From positions 32,001 to 96,000 of the forward strand of contig JAZJZE010000009.1 in NCBI GenBank assembly GCA_040390065.1: a stretch of 64,000 nt of DNA. The letters are read 5' to 3'. A program made the position numbers and the translations under genes. Numbering within the stretch: the first letter of the stretch is position 1; each line of letters begins with the position of its first letter. Positions 55,322-64,000 of this stretch are shown piece after piece. Below the pieces are notes generated by a model. The model saw nothing but the letters and a program-made list of their open reading frames with translations, was not told the origin of the DNA and made no database searches. The DNA is from a bacterium. GTDB taxonomy: Archaea; Thermoplasmatota; E2; JACPAO01; JAHFTW01.

Positions 55322-56557
55322 TCACGCCGCGGCGATGTCCTTGTGCGGCAGGGGCGTCCGCTCGACCTCGATGCGCGTCGCGGTCGGGTGCACTTCGCTA
55401 AGCCAACCGGTGCAACCCAAAGCCTCGAACTCGCCGGCATCGGCCAGCTCTTCTGCCACGGCGGGCGCGGTCTCGATGCGGTCGCCCACGACGGCGACCC
55501 AGTCGATGGGCACCTCGTACTCCGTGCGCAGCCGCTCGGCCAATTCGCCAAGGGCACCATCGGCCCGCGACGTGGGCTGCAGGACGCCGAAGACGAGCGT
55601 TCCCTCCTCCGTCTGCTCGTCGAAGGGGCGCATGGTGCGGTCGGCGCGGCGGCGGAAGCGCTGCATGAGTTGGATGGCGTCCTTGTATGGGCTGCTGCAG
55701 AAGTGCACTGCAAAGCGCGACGTGCCCCGGCTTGCGCCCATCGTGCCGCGCCCACGGGCGTCGCTTGACCACGCCGCAAGAACGCGTTCCCCCGTGGCGC
55801 GGCTGCCAGCCACGCGCTGCGACTCGTCGTCGGCCGACTGATAGCCGCGACGCCGCAGTTCGGCCACGTTGGGGTCGGAGAATTCGAGTTCGTTGAGGTT
55901 GAGGCCATTGCACCCGGCCGCTTCGGCCCAGCGCGCCATGGCAAGGATGTCGTCTTCGTGATTGGGGATGCAGGGCACCTCGATTGTCGCCGTGAGTCCG
56001 ACGCGGACGGCTTCGGCGACGGCGGGGGCGTGCCACGATTTGCCCATCGCGGCGAAATCGGAGACCTCGGGGTGGAAGCGCATCTCGTCGAGGCCGGCCT
56101 CCTTGAGTTTGGCGATCCACGCGAGGTCGAAGGCGCAACTCGTGTAGAGGTGGATGTGGAACTGCGGGCCGTAGGCGGACTTGAGGGCTTTCACGACGTC
56201 GACGACGCGGTCCGGGACGACCATGGGGTCACCGCCGGTGATGCCGGCGCCCTTCGCCCCAATGAGGTTGCATTCGTCGAGAAGGTCCCGCCACCGGATG
56301 GCGTCCGGCTGACCGGCCGGTCCCGGATGGATGGGGCGCTCGTTGGCGAAGATGACGTCGCGGTACATCTTGTCGCGGGACACGGGGCAGTAGAAGCACT
56401 CCTTGTCGCACAGGCCCGTCACGAACAGCACGAGTTTGGCGCCTTCACGGCACTGCATGCAGCCCATGGGAAGGACGCCCACGTGTTGACTGCCGGCGTA
56501 TTTCTCACCCGCCATGGGCAACTGCACCAGGTCTGGCCCTCCGAGGGGGTGCGCCAC
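55322..56557 (-). CDS. Radical SAM protein (uncharacterised archaeal family)
   Basis: GC..C..GAKLVLFVTGLCDKECFYCP CxxxCxxC motif, ITGGDP, DEMRFH. Confidence 0.9.
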   Translation of the reverse strand: MAHPLGGPDLVQLPMAGEKYAGSQHVGVLPMGCMQCREGAKLVLFVTGLCDKECFYCPVSRDKMYRDVIFANERPIHPGPAGQPDAIRWRDLLDECNLIGAKGAGITGGDPMVVPDRVVDVVKALKSAYGPQFHIHLYTSCAFDLAWIAKLKEAGLDEMRFHPEVSDFAAMGKSWHAPAVAEAVRVGLTATIEVPCIPNHEDDILAMARWAEAAGCNGLNLNELEFSDPNVAELRRRGYQSADDESQRVAGSRATGERVLAAWSSDARGRGTMGASRGTSRFAVHFCSSPYKDAIQLMQRFRRRADRTMRPFDEQTEEGTLVFGVLQPTSRADGALGELAERLRTEYEVPIDWVAVVGDRIETAPAVAEELADAGEFEALGCTGWLSEVHPTATRIEVERTPLPHKDIAAA

Positions 56558-56611
56558 GGCGCTTTCCAGGGCTGCACCGGTATAAGCCCTATGGCGTTGC
56601 GGTCGACGGCC

Positions 56612-56842
56612 TTAGCGGATCCAGGACGCCACGGGGTGCTGGTAGTCCATCATCTCGCCCAGGGTCGCCATCGTCGGTGCCGGGGGAAGGCCCCATTGCG
56701 CCACGGTCCATCCGCTTGGGTTGGCCTCGCGGCGGCCGTGTTCTGGGCAGTGGTACGATTCCGTGGCAAGGCCATGGTGCGTGCTGATGGTGCGGGCCAC
56801 GGAGTTGCCGCAGACTGGGCAAGCGCCGGTGGCGAGTCTCAT
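56612..56842 (-). CDS. Small CPxCG zinc-finger-like protein
   Basis: CPVCG...CPEHG; fills the gap upstream of the radical SAM gene. Confidence 0.5.
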   Translation of the reverse strand: MRLATGACPVCGNSVARTISTHHGLATESYHCPEHGRREANPSGWTVAQWGLPPAPTMATLGEMMDYQHPVASWIR

Positions 56843-56950
56843 GCGGGCCATGATGGGAAGAAGCCGGGGGTGGTATTCGGCATCTCGGGCCGGGCGAGTG
56901 AAAGTACCACGCGCCGCAGCCATCATATGGGGGCGTTGCAAGTCCCGGCT

Positions 56951-58525
56951 ATGCTTCGCCCCCTTGCCGTGACGTGCGCCTTGGCCATGCTGGTGCCGCT
57001 GCTTGCTGGCTGCTCCACGCCCGCACCGCCGCCGCCCCCCGCGCCGGCGTCGGCCCTGATCCACGTCGTCGACCTCGACGGCCACGCGGTCCCGTACGCG
57101 GCCGTGGCGGTCCGGCATGGCAGCACGACCGTCCTGGTTTTCAGCGCCGACAAGGACGGCACCCTCAGCCGCGACCTCGTCTCCGATGCGGCCACGCGCG
57201 TGCGCGTCGCGAAGCACGGCTACCTGCAGGAGGAGTTCCAGGGCGGTCAACTGGGCGCAGTGGTGACGCTGCCGCCGGCCCCGGACGGCCTGTCGTCGGA
57301 ACTGAACCGCGCGGGCATCCTGGCCTTCGACCCTCCCGTCGACCTCCTGTGCACGCAGCCGGACCAAGTACCCGGCCAAGCCGAATGCGGCCAGTTCGGC
57401 GAGCCCGTCGTCGAAGTCGCCGGCGACGGCGCCATCTGGGCAAGTGCAACGTGCTGCATCGGCAAGGCGCCACCGATCTGGACGTCGCGCGACCACGGCA
57501 AGACCTTCCAGCAGTTGCGCAACCCCGACACGGGCTTGGTGCGCGACTCCTTCGGCATCGAAGGCGACTTCGCCATGGACGACGTCGGCAACGTCTACTT
57601 CTTCGACATCAGTGCAGCCACGATCTGGTTCACGAGCTACAAGGCCGACGGCACGCACCGCTGGACCGTGCCCTGGGCGGGCCCGCCGCTGGTCGACCGC
57701 CCGTGGGTGCGCGCCGGCGCCGAGAACCACGTCTGGCTGTTCTACAACACCGGCTCGGCCACGAACGAGTACGCAAGCGTCGACGGCGGCATGACGTGGA
57801 GCCCGACGCCGGTGCACTCCTTCCCCCTTTGCCTCGGCAATCCAGGGCAGGGGCCAGCCCGCGACGACCTCTACCTCGCTGCGGCGTGCGGCGACAAACT
57901 CATGGTCTGGACCAGCCACGACGGCGGCGTGACGTGGGACGCCGGCGACGAAGTCCCCATGCCCGACGTGCCGTACAGCGAGACGAACGGCCGCGGCATC
58001 GAAGTGATGAACCCGTCGACTGCCGACGAGGCCGGCAACCTGTACGTCCCCTTCACGCACTTCGTCGACGCGAAGAATGCCCAGAATGCAGTCTTCATGG
58101 CGCGCCGCGACGCCGCGGGCAACTGGTCGGTGCCGGCGCAGGTCTCGCCGGCGGGGATGAACCACCTGCCATGGCCCGCTGCCGGACGCGCCGGCCACGT
58201 CGGCTTTGCCTGGTACTTCTCCGAGGGGACCTTCACTCGCGAGCAGGACGCGGACTGGCGGCTCTGGGCCGCGGCCAGCGTCGATGCCGATGCGGGCAGC
58301 CCGCACTACCAAATCACCGTCGTGGACCCGACCATCCTGCAGCACGGCGGCTTCGGGCGTTCGCTTGGCGACTTCATCGAGGCCGACCTGACACCGGACG
58401 GCAAGATCGTGATCGTCTACGCCAAACGCGTCGAGGGCAACCTCGTCAACGTCTTTGCCCAGACGGACGGCATGCTGGAATTGACGCCGCAGGTCTTCCG
58501 AAACGGGCCGCACCCGAACAAGTAG
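56951..58525 (+). CDS. BNR/Asp-box lipoprotein
   Basis: Lipobox LAGC; SRDHGKTF, SVDGGMTW and SHDGGVTW repeats. Confidence 0.82.
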   Translation: MLRPLAVTCALAMLVPLLAGCSTPAPPPPPAPASALIHVVDLDGHAVPYAAVAVRHGSTTVLVFSADKDGTLSRDLVSDAATRVRVAKHGYLQEEFQGGQLGAVVTLPPAPDGLSSELNRAGILAFDPPVDLLCTQPDQVPGQAECGQFGEPVVEVAGDGAIWASATCCIGKAPPIWTSRDHGKTFQQLRNPDTGLVRDSFGIEGDFAMDDVGNVYFFDISAATIWFTSYKADGTHRWTVPWAGPPLVDRPWVRAGAENHVWLFYNTGSATNEYASVDGGMTWSPTPVHSFPLCLGNPGQGPARDDLYLAAACGDKLMVWTSHDGGVTWDAGDEVPMPDVPYSETNGRGIEVMNPSTADEAGNLYVPFTHFVDAKNAQNAVFMARRDAAGNWSVPAQVSPAGMNHLPWPAAGRAGHVGFAWYFSEGTFTREQDADWRLWAAASVDADAGSPHYQITVVDPTILQHGGFGRSLGDFIEADLTPDGKIVIVYAKRVEGNLVNVFAQTDGMLELTPQVFRNGPHPNK

Positions 58526-58528
58526 GCG

Positions 58529-58879
58529 CTAGCGCCACGTCGAGTAGCGGTCGAGGATGTTGAGGATCTTCTGCTGCGTCGCGGCGTCGACGATCTTCTC
58601 CTTGACCTTGTCGTTGAGCCAGACCTTGGCTTCCTGCACGGCGTCGCGCGAGCCCTTCGCCCACATCGTCTGGATGAGGGAGTTGTGCTGCTCCGGCGCC
58701 ACGGGGCTGGCCTTCAGGATGTCCTGCAGGTCGTACTTGAAGTAGTTCGCCTTGGATTGGTCGAGCATCTTCTCGCGTTGTCGCGACTCGCGGGAGTTGC
58801 GGTTGGCTTGGTTGTGCTTGGGCGGACGCGGGGTGCCGGGGACGGCCGGGACTCGGGGTGCGCGCAAGCGACGTGCCAC
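58529..58879 (-). CDS. Small hypothetical protein
   Basis: Host-like codon use; TATA-like CTTTATA about 25 bp upstream. Confidence 0.7.
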   Translation of the reverse strand: MARRLRAPRVPAVPGTPRPPKHNQANRNSRESRQREKMLDQSKANYFKYDLQDILKASPVAPEQHNSLIQTMWAKGSRDAVQEAKVWLNDKVKEKIVDAATQQKILNILDRYSTWR

Positions 58880-59012
58880 ATCGACGGCTTAGCCACCGCG
58901 GTATAAAGGCGGGACGGTGGTGGCCCATTGCCGCCGAGGCCGGCCAGCACGCGCCCTGCCGCCGCGGTCGAAAGCCCGCCACGCTCATGTGCGGCCGGCC
59001 CGTGCCGCCATC

Positions 59013-60275
59013 GTGCCGAAGGCAACGCCCCGCGCCGCCCCGATTGCCGATGCCGAGGAGGGCGCCCGGCGCATCGCTTGGGCGGGCCGCCACATGGAAC
59101 TGCTGGCCGCCATCCGCACGCGCCTCGAGGACGAACAGCCCTTCGACGGCCTGCGCATCGGTTTGGCGTTGCACGTCGAAGCCAAGACCGCGAACCTCGC
59201 TCTCGCGCTGCAGGCGGGCGGGGCCGACGTGCGGCTTGCCGGCTGCAACCCGGAGTCGACGGATGACCGCGTCGTGGCGGCGCTCAACGCACAGGGGCTT
59301 CCGACGCGCGCCCGCAAGGGCCAGTCGTCGCAGGAGTACTACGCGGCACTCGACTGGGTGCTCGATGGCAAGCCGCACCTCGTCGTCGACGACGGCGGCG
59401 ACCTCGCGTTCCTCGCCCACGGCAAGCGCCGCGACGTGCTGCGCGGCATCCGCGGCGGGGCGGAAGAGACCACGACGGGCGTTCTGCGGCTGCGCGCCAT
59501 GGCCGCCGACGGCAAACTCAAGTTCCCCGTGCTCGACGTCAACGGCGCACAGATGAAGCACCTCTTCGACAACCGCTACGGCACGGGGCAATCCACGTTC
59601 GACGGCATCTTCCACGCCACGAACCTCCTCATCGCGGGCAAGAACGTCGTCGTCGCAGGGTACGGTTGGTGCGGCCGCGGCATCGCGGCGCGAGCCAAGG
59701 GGCTGGGAGCCACGGTGACGGTGACCGAGGTCGACCCGGTGAAGGCCATCGAGGCACGCCTCGACGGGCACCAGGTCGCCACGATGGAGCAGGCTTGCAA
59801 GACCGCGGACTTCATCGTCACGGCCACCGGCTGCAATGCCGTCATCGATGCCCGGCACGTCCCGCATCTCAAGGACGGCGTGGTGCTCGCCAACGCCGGC
59901 CACTTCGACAACGAGGTCGACAAGCCCAGCCTCAAGAAAGCCTCCCGCAGCGTCCAGACGGTCCGCGAGGGCGTGACGGAGTACCTGTTGCGCGACGGCC
60001 GCACCATCCACCTCCTCGCCGACGGCCGCCTCGTCAACCTCGCATCAGGGCAAGGCCACCCCGTCGAGATCATGGACATGAGTTTCAGCCTGCAGGCCCT
60101 CGCACTCGAACACCTCGCGAAGAACGCGGCCACGATGAAACCGGGCGTGCACGCCCTGCCGACGGACCTCGACCAGGAAGTGGCCCGCCTCAAACTGGCG
60201 ACGCTGGGCATGTCCATCGACACGCTCACCAAAGGCCAGCGCGCCTACCTCTCGGGCTGGGAGCATGGAACATGA
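59013..60275 (+). CDS. ahcY: Adenosylhomocysteinase
   Basis: LHVEAKT, EETTTG, FDNRYGTGQS, GYGWCG, GRLVNL; start uncertain. Confidence 0.96.
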   Translation: MPKATPRAAPIADAEEGARRIAWAGRHMELLAAIRTRLEDEQPFDGLRIGLALHVEAKTANLALALQAGGADVRLAGCNPESTDDRVVAALNAQGLPTRARKGQSSQEYYAALDWVLDGKPHLVVDDGGDLAFLAHGKRRDVLRGIRGGAEETTTGVLRLRAMAADGKLKFPVLDVNGAQMKHLFDNRYGTGQSTFDGIFHATNLLIAGKNVVVAGYGWCGRGIAARAKGLGATVTVTEVDPVKAIEARLDGHQVATMEQACKTADFIVTATGCNAVIDARHVPHLKDGVVLANAGHFDNEVDKPSLKKASRSVQTVREGVTEYLLRDGRTIHLLADGRLVNLASGQGHPVEIMDMSFSLQALALEHLAKNAATMKPGVHALPTDLDQEVARLKLATLGMSIDTLTKGQRAYLSGWEHGT

Positions 60276-61228
60276 GCGTCGCTGCCACGAACGGCCAAGG
60301 CGCCGCACCCTTCGTCGCCATCCTCGGCCACAGCAACCTCGACATCCACTTGCAAGTCAAGGACTTGCCCAAGCCCGGCCAGAGCAGCGCCGTCCTGCAC
60401 CGGCGCACGGCGTGGGGTGGCACGGCTGCCAACATCGCGCACCAAGCCGCCGGCCTTGGCGTGCCCGCACGACTGTGGTCACTCGTCGGCGACGATTTCC
60501 CCCCGGCATGGCGCCAGGCCCTGACCCTTGCCGGCGTCGACACCGCTGGGCTGCGCGAAGTCCCGGGGCGGGCAACCCCGACCTGCTTCGTGGTCACGGA
60601 CCTCCTGGACCGCCAGAGCTACCTCATGGACGAGGGGGCGATGGCGGACATGGCGCAGAACGCACCGGACGCAGCCGTCCTGGACGGCATCGCCGCCGGC
60701 GGCTGGCTGCACATGGCGACAGGCGACCCGCTCGTGTACGCCGTCGCAGCCGACGCGGCACGTGAACGCGGCCTCCAGGTGGCCCTCGACCCTGGCCAGG
60801 AGATGCGTTGGCGGTACGACCGCCGCGCCTTCGAGGGTTTGCTGAACCTGAGCCACGCCTTCTTCGTGAACGAGGAGGAGTTGCGCGTCGCCGCCGACTT
60901 CCTGCGCTACGGCGCGCCGGAACAGTTTCTGGACCACGTCGACACCGTCGTCGTGACGCGGGGCGCAAGCGGAGCGAGCCTGTACCGGCGCAAGGCCAAG
61001 ACGCTGCACTTGCCCGCATTCCCGACGAAGATCGTGGACCCGACAGGGGCCGGTGACGCCGTCCGCGCCGGATGGTACGCAGCCCTGCATGCGGGCAAGC
61101 CGATGGAGACGGCTTTGCGGTGGGGCCTTGCGGCGGCGAGCCTCGTCGTCCGCCATGTCGGGGGCCAGACCCACGTCGTGACGCGCGCAGAACTCGACGC
61201 CGTGCTGGCGACCACCTCGGCGGCGTAG
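60272..61228 (+). CDS. PfkB family sugar/nucleoside kinase
   Basis: GGTAAN, N..E, DPTGAGD motifs; ATGA-coupled to ahcY. Confidence 0.92.
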   Translation: MSVAATNGQGAAPFVAILGHSNLDIHLQVKDLPKPGQSSAVLHRRTAWGGTAANIAHQAAGLGVPARLWSLVGDDFPPAWRQALTLAGVDTAGLREVPGRATPTCFVVTDLLDRQSYLMDEGAMADMAQNAPDAAVLDGIAAGGWLHMATGDPLVYAVAADAARERGLQVALDPGQEMRWRYDRRAFEGLLNLSHAFFVNEEELRVAADFLRYGAPEQFLDHVDTVVVTRGASGASLYRRKAKTLHLPAFPTKIVDPTGAGDAVRAGWYAALHAGKPMETALRWGLAAASLVVRHVGGQTHVVTRAELDAVLATTSAA

Positions 61229-61229
61229 C

Positions 61230-62240
61230 CTACAGGTGGGCCACCACGCCGAGGCCGCCGCGGAAGGCGCCGAAGACGGTGGGGTCCTGCAGCAGCGGTA
61301 CGACCTCGTAGCCCACCACGGGCGGGCCGGCAGTCGGCTGTGGCATCAAGATCGCCCGCAAAGCCGCGCCGACGCGCGTCGGTTCGGCAAACCGCGTCCC
61401 GGCGTACCCTTGCCGGACCTCACGGATCTCGAAGCCCACGACGTGTTGGCCCGGCGCATCCGCCGGCGCGCCCCACTGCACGAGCGTGCTACCGCCAGCG
61501 GCGGGCGTGGCCGACGCCCACGGGACCCGCGGGCCCATCTCGACCCAGTGCTCCTTGATCTCATGTTGGATGGCGGGGTCGCCGGCAATCGGGGGCAAAG
61601 GCACGAGCACGTCCTGGGGCGGGGGGGCCGCCTCCTGCGTCAACCAGCCAGAGGCCGGTCGCGACGGGGCGGCGGGGCCGGCCGGTACAGGCTCGGGCGG
61701 CCACGGTTCCGGCGCGGGCTCCTCCCCTGCGGCGGACGGCTCGGCAGGGGCGTCCGTCCACGTGGTCTCGGCGTCCCGCCACCCGGACCGGGCCTTGCGG
61801 CGCTGCGTGGCGATGATCCCCGTGGTTGCGGCCCCCAGGCCCACGACGGCGAGCGTCGCGAACACGAGGGGCAGCAGGCCGCCGCCGGAGTCGCCGCCCG
61901 ACGCGCCGCCCAAGTCGCCGCCGCCCGAGGATTGGACGGCGAAGCTCGACGTCTTGACGAGCGTGCCGTCGCAGTAGAGACGCATCGTATAGGTCCCGGT
62001 CCTGGTGAGGGTGAAGGAATGCGACCCTGCGGTTCCCTGTCCGGTCCAGTGCAGGGTCTCGGGGCCGGAGACTGCCGCCTCGAAGGCCATCGGGTCGCCG
62101 ACGAAGACGTCGAAGTTGGCCTCGACGTCGACGGGCGCCTGCCACGGCTGCGGGTCGGTCGGCACCGCGATGTAGGGCGTGCACGACGCCTGCGCAGCGG
62201 GAACCGCAACCAGGAGCAGGGCAGCGACCACCAGGCGCAC
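61230..62240 (-). CDS. Hypothetical secreted/single-pass membrane protein
   Basis: Signal peptide, Ig-like region, TM, Pro-rich cytoplasmic tail. Confidence 0.7.
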   Translation of the reverse strand: MRLVVAALLLVAVPAAQASCTPYIAVPTDPQPWQAPVDVEANFDVFVGDPMAFEAAVSGPETLHWTGQGTAGSHSFTLTRTGTYTMRLYCDGTLVKTSSFAVQSSGGGDLGGASGGDSGGGLLPLVFATLAVVGLGAATTGIIATQRRKARSGWRDAETTWTDAPAEPSAAGEEPAPEPWPPEPVPAGPAAPSRPASGWLTQEAAPPPQDVLVPLPPIAGDPAIQHEIKEHWVEMGPRVPWASATPAAGGSTLVQWGAPADAPGQHVVGFEIREVRQGYAGTRFAEPTRVGAALRAILMPQPTAGPPVVGYEVVPLLQDPTVFGAFRGGLGVVAHL

Positions 62241-62325
62241 GCGGGGCAAGCGGCCAAACCGGGCATAAGGGCTACGGCGGGCCGCCGTCGTCGCCATTTT
62301 GTAGCAATCCCTCCTGCCCGGCCCC

Positions 62326-63237
62326 GTGCCCGCCGCCGCCTCCATCCCTGAGGCCATCACGACGACCAGTCTGCCATTCAAGGTGTTCCGGCGCGGCAAG
62401 GTGCGCGACGTGTACGACCTCGGCGACAAGCTGCTCATGGTCGCGACGGACCGCATCTCCGCCTTCGACGTCGTGCTCGACCCCGGCATCCCGCAGAAGG
62501 GCGCCATCCTGACGCAATTGTCGAATTTCTGGTTCAAGCTGCTGCGCGACGAGGTCCCGAACCACCTCATCGCCACGGACGTCGCCAAGTACCCGAAGGA
62601 TTTGGCACCGCACGCGGCCTTGCTGCGCGGCCGCAGCGTCCTCGTCGAGAAGCTGAAGCCCATCCCCATCGAGTGCGTGGTGCGCGGCCACATCTCGGGC
62701 TCGGGGTGGAAGGAGTACCAGAAGAAGGGCAGCATCTGCGGCATCCCCTTGCCGGCGCAACTGCAGGAATCGCAGCGCCTGCCCGAGACCATCTTCACGC
62801 CGAGCACCAAGGCCGAAGTCGGGCACGACGAGAACATCTCCTTCGCGGACGCGGCCCACCTCGTCGGCGACGAGACCGCCGAGTACCTGCGGGACACGAG
62901 CATCCGCATCTATGAGCACGCGCGGCAGTACGCGGCGGCGCGCGGCATCATCATCGCCGACACCAAGTTCGAGTTCGGCACGCGCGACGACGGAACCATT
63001 GTCCTCATGGACGAGATCCTGACCCCGGACAGTTCGCGGTTCTGGCCGGCGGACCAGTTCGCTCCCGGCAAGGGGCAGCCGTCGTACGACAAGCAGTTCC
63101 TGCGCGACTGGCTGGAGACGCAGCCATGGGACAAGACGCCGCCCGGGCCCAAGCTGCCGCCGACCGTCGTGGCGGGGACGCAGAAGCGCTACCTCGAGGC
63201 GTACACCAAGATCACCGGCACGGCGTTCAGCCTTTAG
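62326..63237 (+). CDS. purC: SAICAR synthase
   Basis: GKVRDVY, TDRISAFD, ADTKFEFG, TPDSSRFW motifs. Confidence 0.97.
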   Translation: MPAAASIPEAITTTSLPFKVFRRGKVRDVYDLGDKLLMVATDRISAFDVVLDPGIPQKGAILTQLSNFWFKLLRDEVPNHLIATDVAKYPKDLAPHAALLRGRSVLVEKLKPIPIECVVRGHISGSGWKEYQKKGSICGIPLPAQLQESQRLPETIFTPSTKAEVGHDENISFADAAHLVGDETAEYLRDTSIRIYEHARQYAAARGIIIADTKFEFGTRDDGTIVLMDEILTPDSSRFWPADQFAPGKGQPSYDKQFLRDWLETQPWDKTPPGPKLPPTVVAGTQKRYLEAYTKITGTAFSL

Positions 63238-63254
63238 ACCCGGGAGAATCCGGC

Positions 63255-63601
63255 GACCGGCAATTGCGGCCTCCACGACGGCAATTTGGGCGAGGTGGCC
63301 GCGGGGCGCGTTTCGGCACCGACGGAACGGTCGATTCGACGGCTCGCAGCCACTGTACGTTCTGTGGAGTTCGCTGGAGCGGCTGTGTGTGGGAAGCCTT
63401 GGAAAACAGGAATCAAAGGGAGAGAAGGGGAATGGGTTCCTGTTCTCCGGCCGGCTCCTGTTCTCTCAGGCCGCCCTTTCGAAGCGGCGCCAGGGGACAA
63501 CGCTGCCGCCTTGCTGGTTCGCCCGTCGGCGTCATCGGCGTTAGCCCATTTCGCGGCCCGGGTTGGCGCCATTCCTCCATGCCATCGCCGCCGTCGGAGG
63601 T
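63255..63601 (+). repeat. Structured intergenic repeat family B, copy 7 (diverged)
   Basis: Core at 63385-63476, GAGGTGGCCGCG and CGCCGCCGTCGGAGG modules. Confidence 0.85.
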
Positions 63602-63705
63602 CCACGGGAATGGGTTGCCGACCCAGGGAAGCAGGGAACCCCTTGCGCCGAATCAAAACTCCCCTTCAATAGGCCTATAAAGAACGGACCTTTGGAAACG
63701 ACTGC

Positions 63706-64000
63706 ATGCGTGTCCCGGTGGCCGAGCGCCTCCTTGCAGTGGTGGGATACGTCCCGTTCCTGTTCTGGGTGCCGGTCATCCTGCGCCGCGACTCCATGTT
63801 CTGCCAATTCCACGGCCGCCAGTCTGGCGTCCTGTGGGGCCTGTGGTTCCTGCCGAGCCTCATCCTCTTCGTGGCCTCCGTCTGGCTCCTGGGTGGCAGC
63901 GGTGGCGGCAAGAGCCTGGACACCATGCAGGTCGTGGTCTTCGGCATCCTCATGGTGCTCGGCATCCTGTACCTCGTCATGGCCTTCGTGGGCATCGTGA
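63706..64000 (+). CDS. Membrane protein (DUF4870-like), 3' truncated by window edge
   Basis: MRVPVAERLLAVVGYVPF...QFHGRQS; CTATAAAG about 30 bp upstream; absent from the ORF track. Confidence 0.7.
   Translation, partial: MRVPVAERLLAVVGYVPFLFWVPVILRRDSMFCQFHGRQSGVLWGLWFLPSLILFVASVWLLGGSGGGKSLDTMQVVVFGILMVLGILYLVMAFVGIV

Noticed and set aside
16711-63601. Repeat family B as a CRISPR array or tRNA/SRP/RNase P RNA
   Set aside because: Copies are dispersed rather than tandem with spacers, no cas genes are present, and no cloverleaf or hallmark motifs were recognised

Overview
GC-rich archaeal chromosome segment, most likely Thermoplasmatota (inferred from the rps15-RecJ/DHH-Pcc1 cluster, fused Kae1-Bud32, LonB, archaeosortase, deoxyhypusine synthase, archaetidylserine decarboxylase/synthase and TATA-type promoters). 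About 55 genes: housekeeping (pyrG, purC, gdhA, ahcY, 2-oxoacid:ferredoxin oxidoreductase, rdgB) mixed with many secreted proteins and lipoproteins. No rRNA, tRNA, CRISPR array, integrase or transposase was recognised. Main observations: (1) seven copies of a modular, highly structured intergenic repeat with fixed geometry, compensatory base changes and possible alternative folds; (2) a translationally coupled 5-gene operon built around a LonB with intact AAA+ motifs but both Ser-Lys catalytic residues lost; (3) a second pseudoprotease (site-2 protease lacking HExxH); (4) two inverted CTAG-bounded MITEs, each overlapping a stop codon; (5) a 31-bp duplication of the rps15 3' end; (6) three tandem IgGFc-binding/PKD/TSP3 surface proteins; (7) a PAS-MenA fusion. 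All calls are by-eye motif recognition; no database searches were run.
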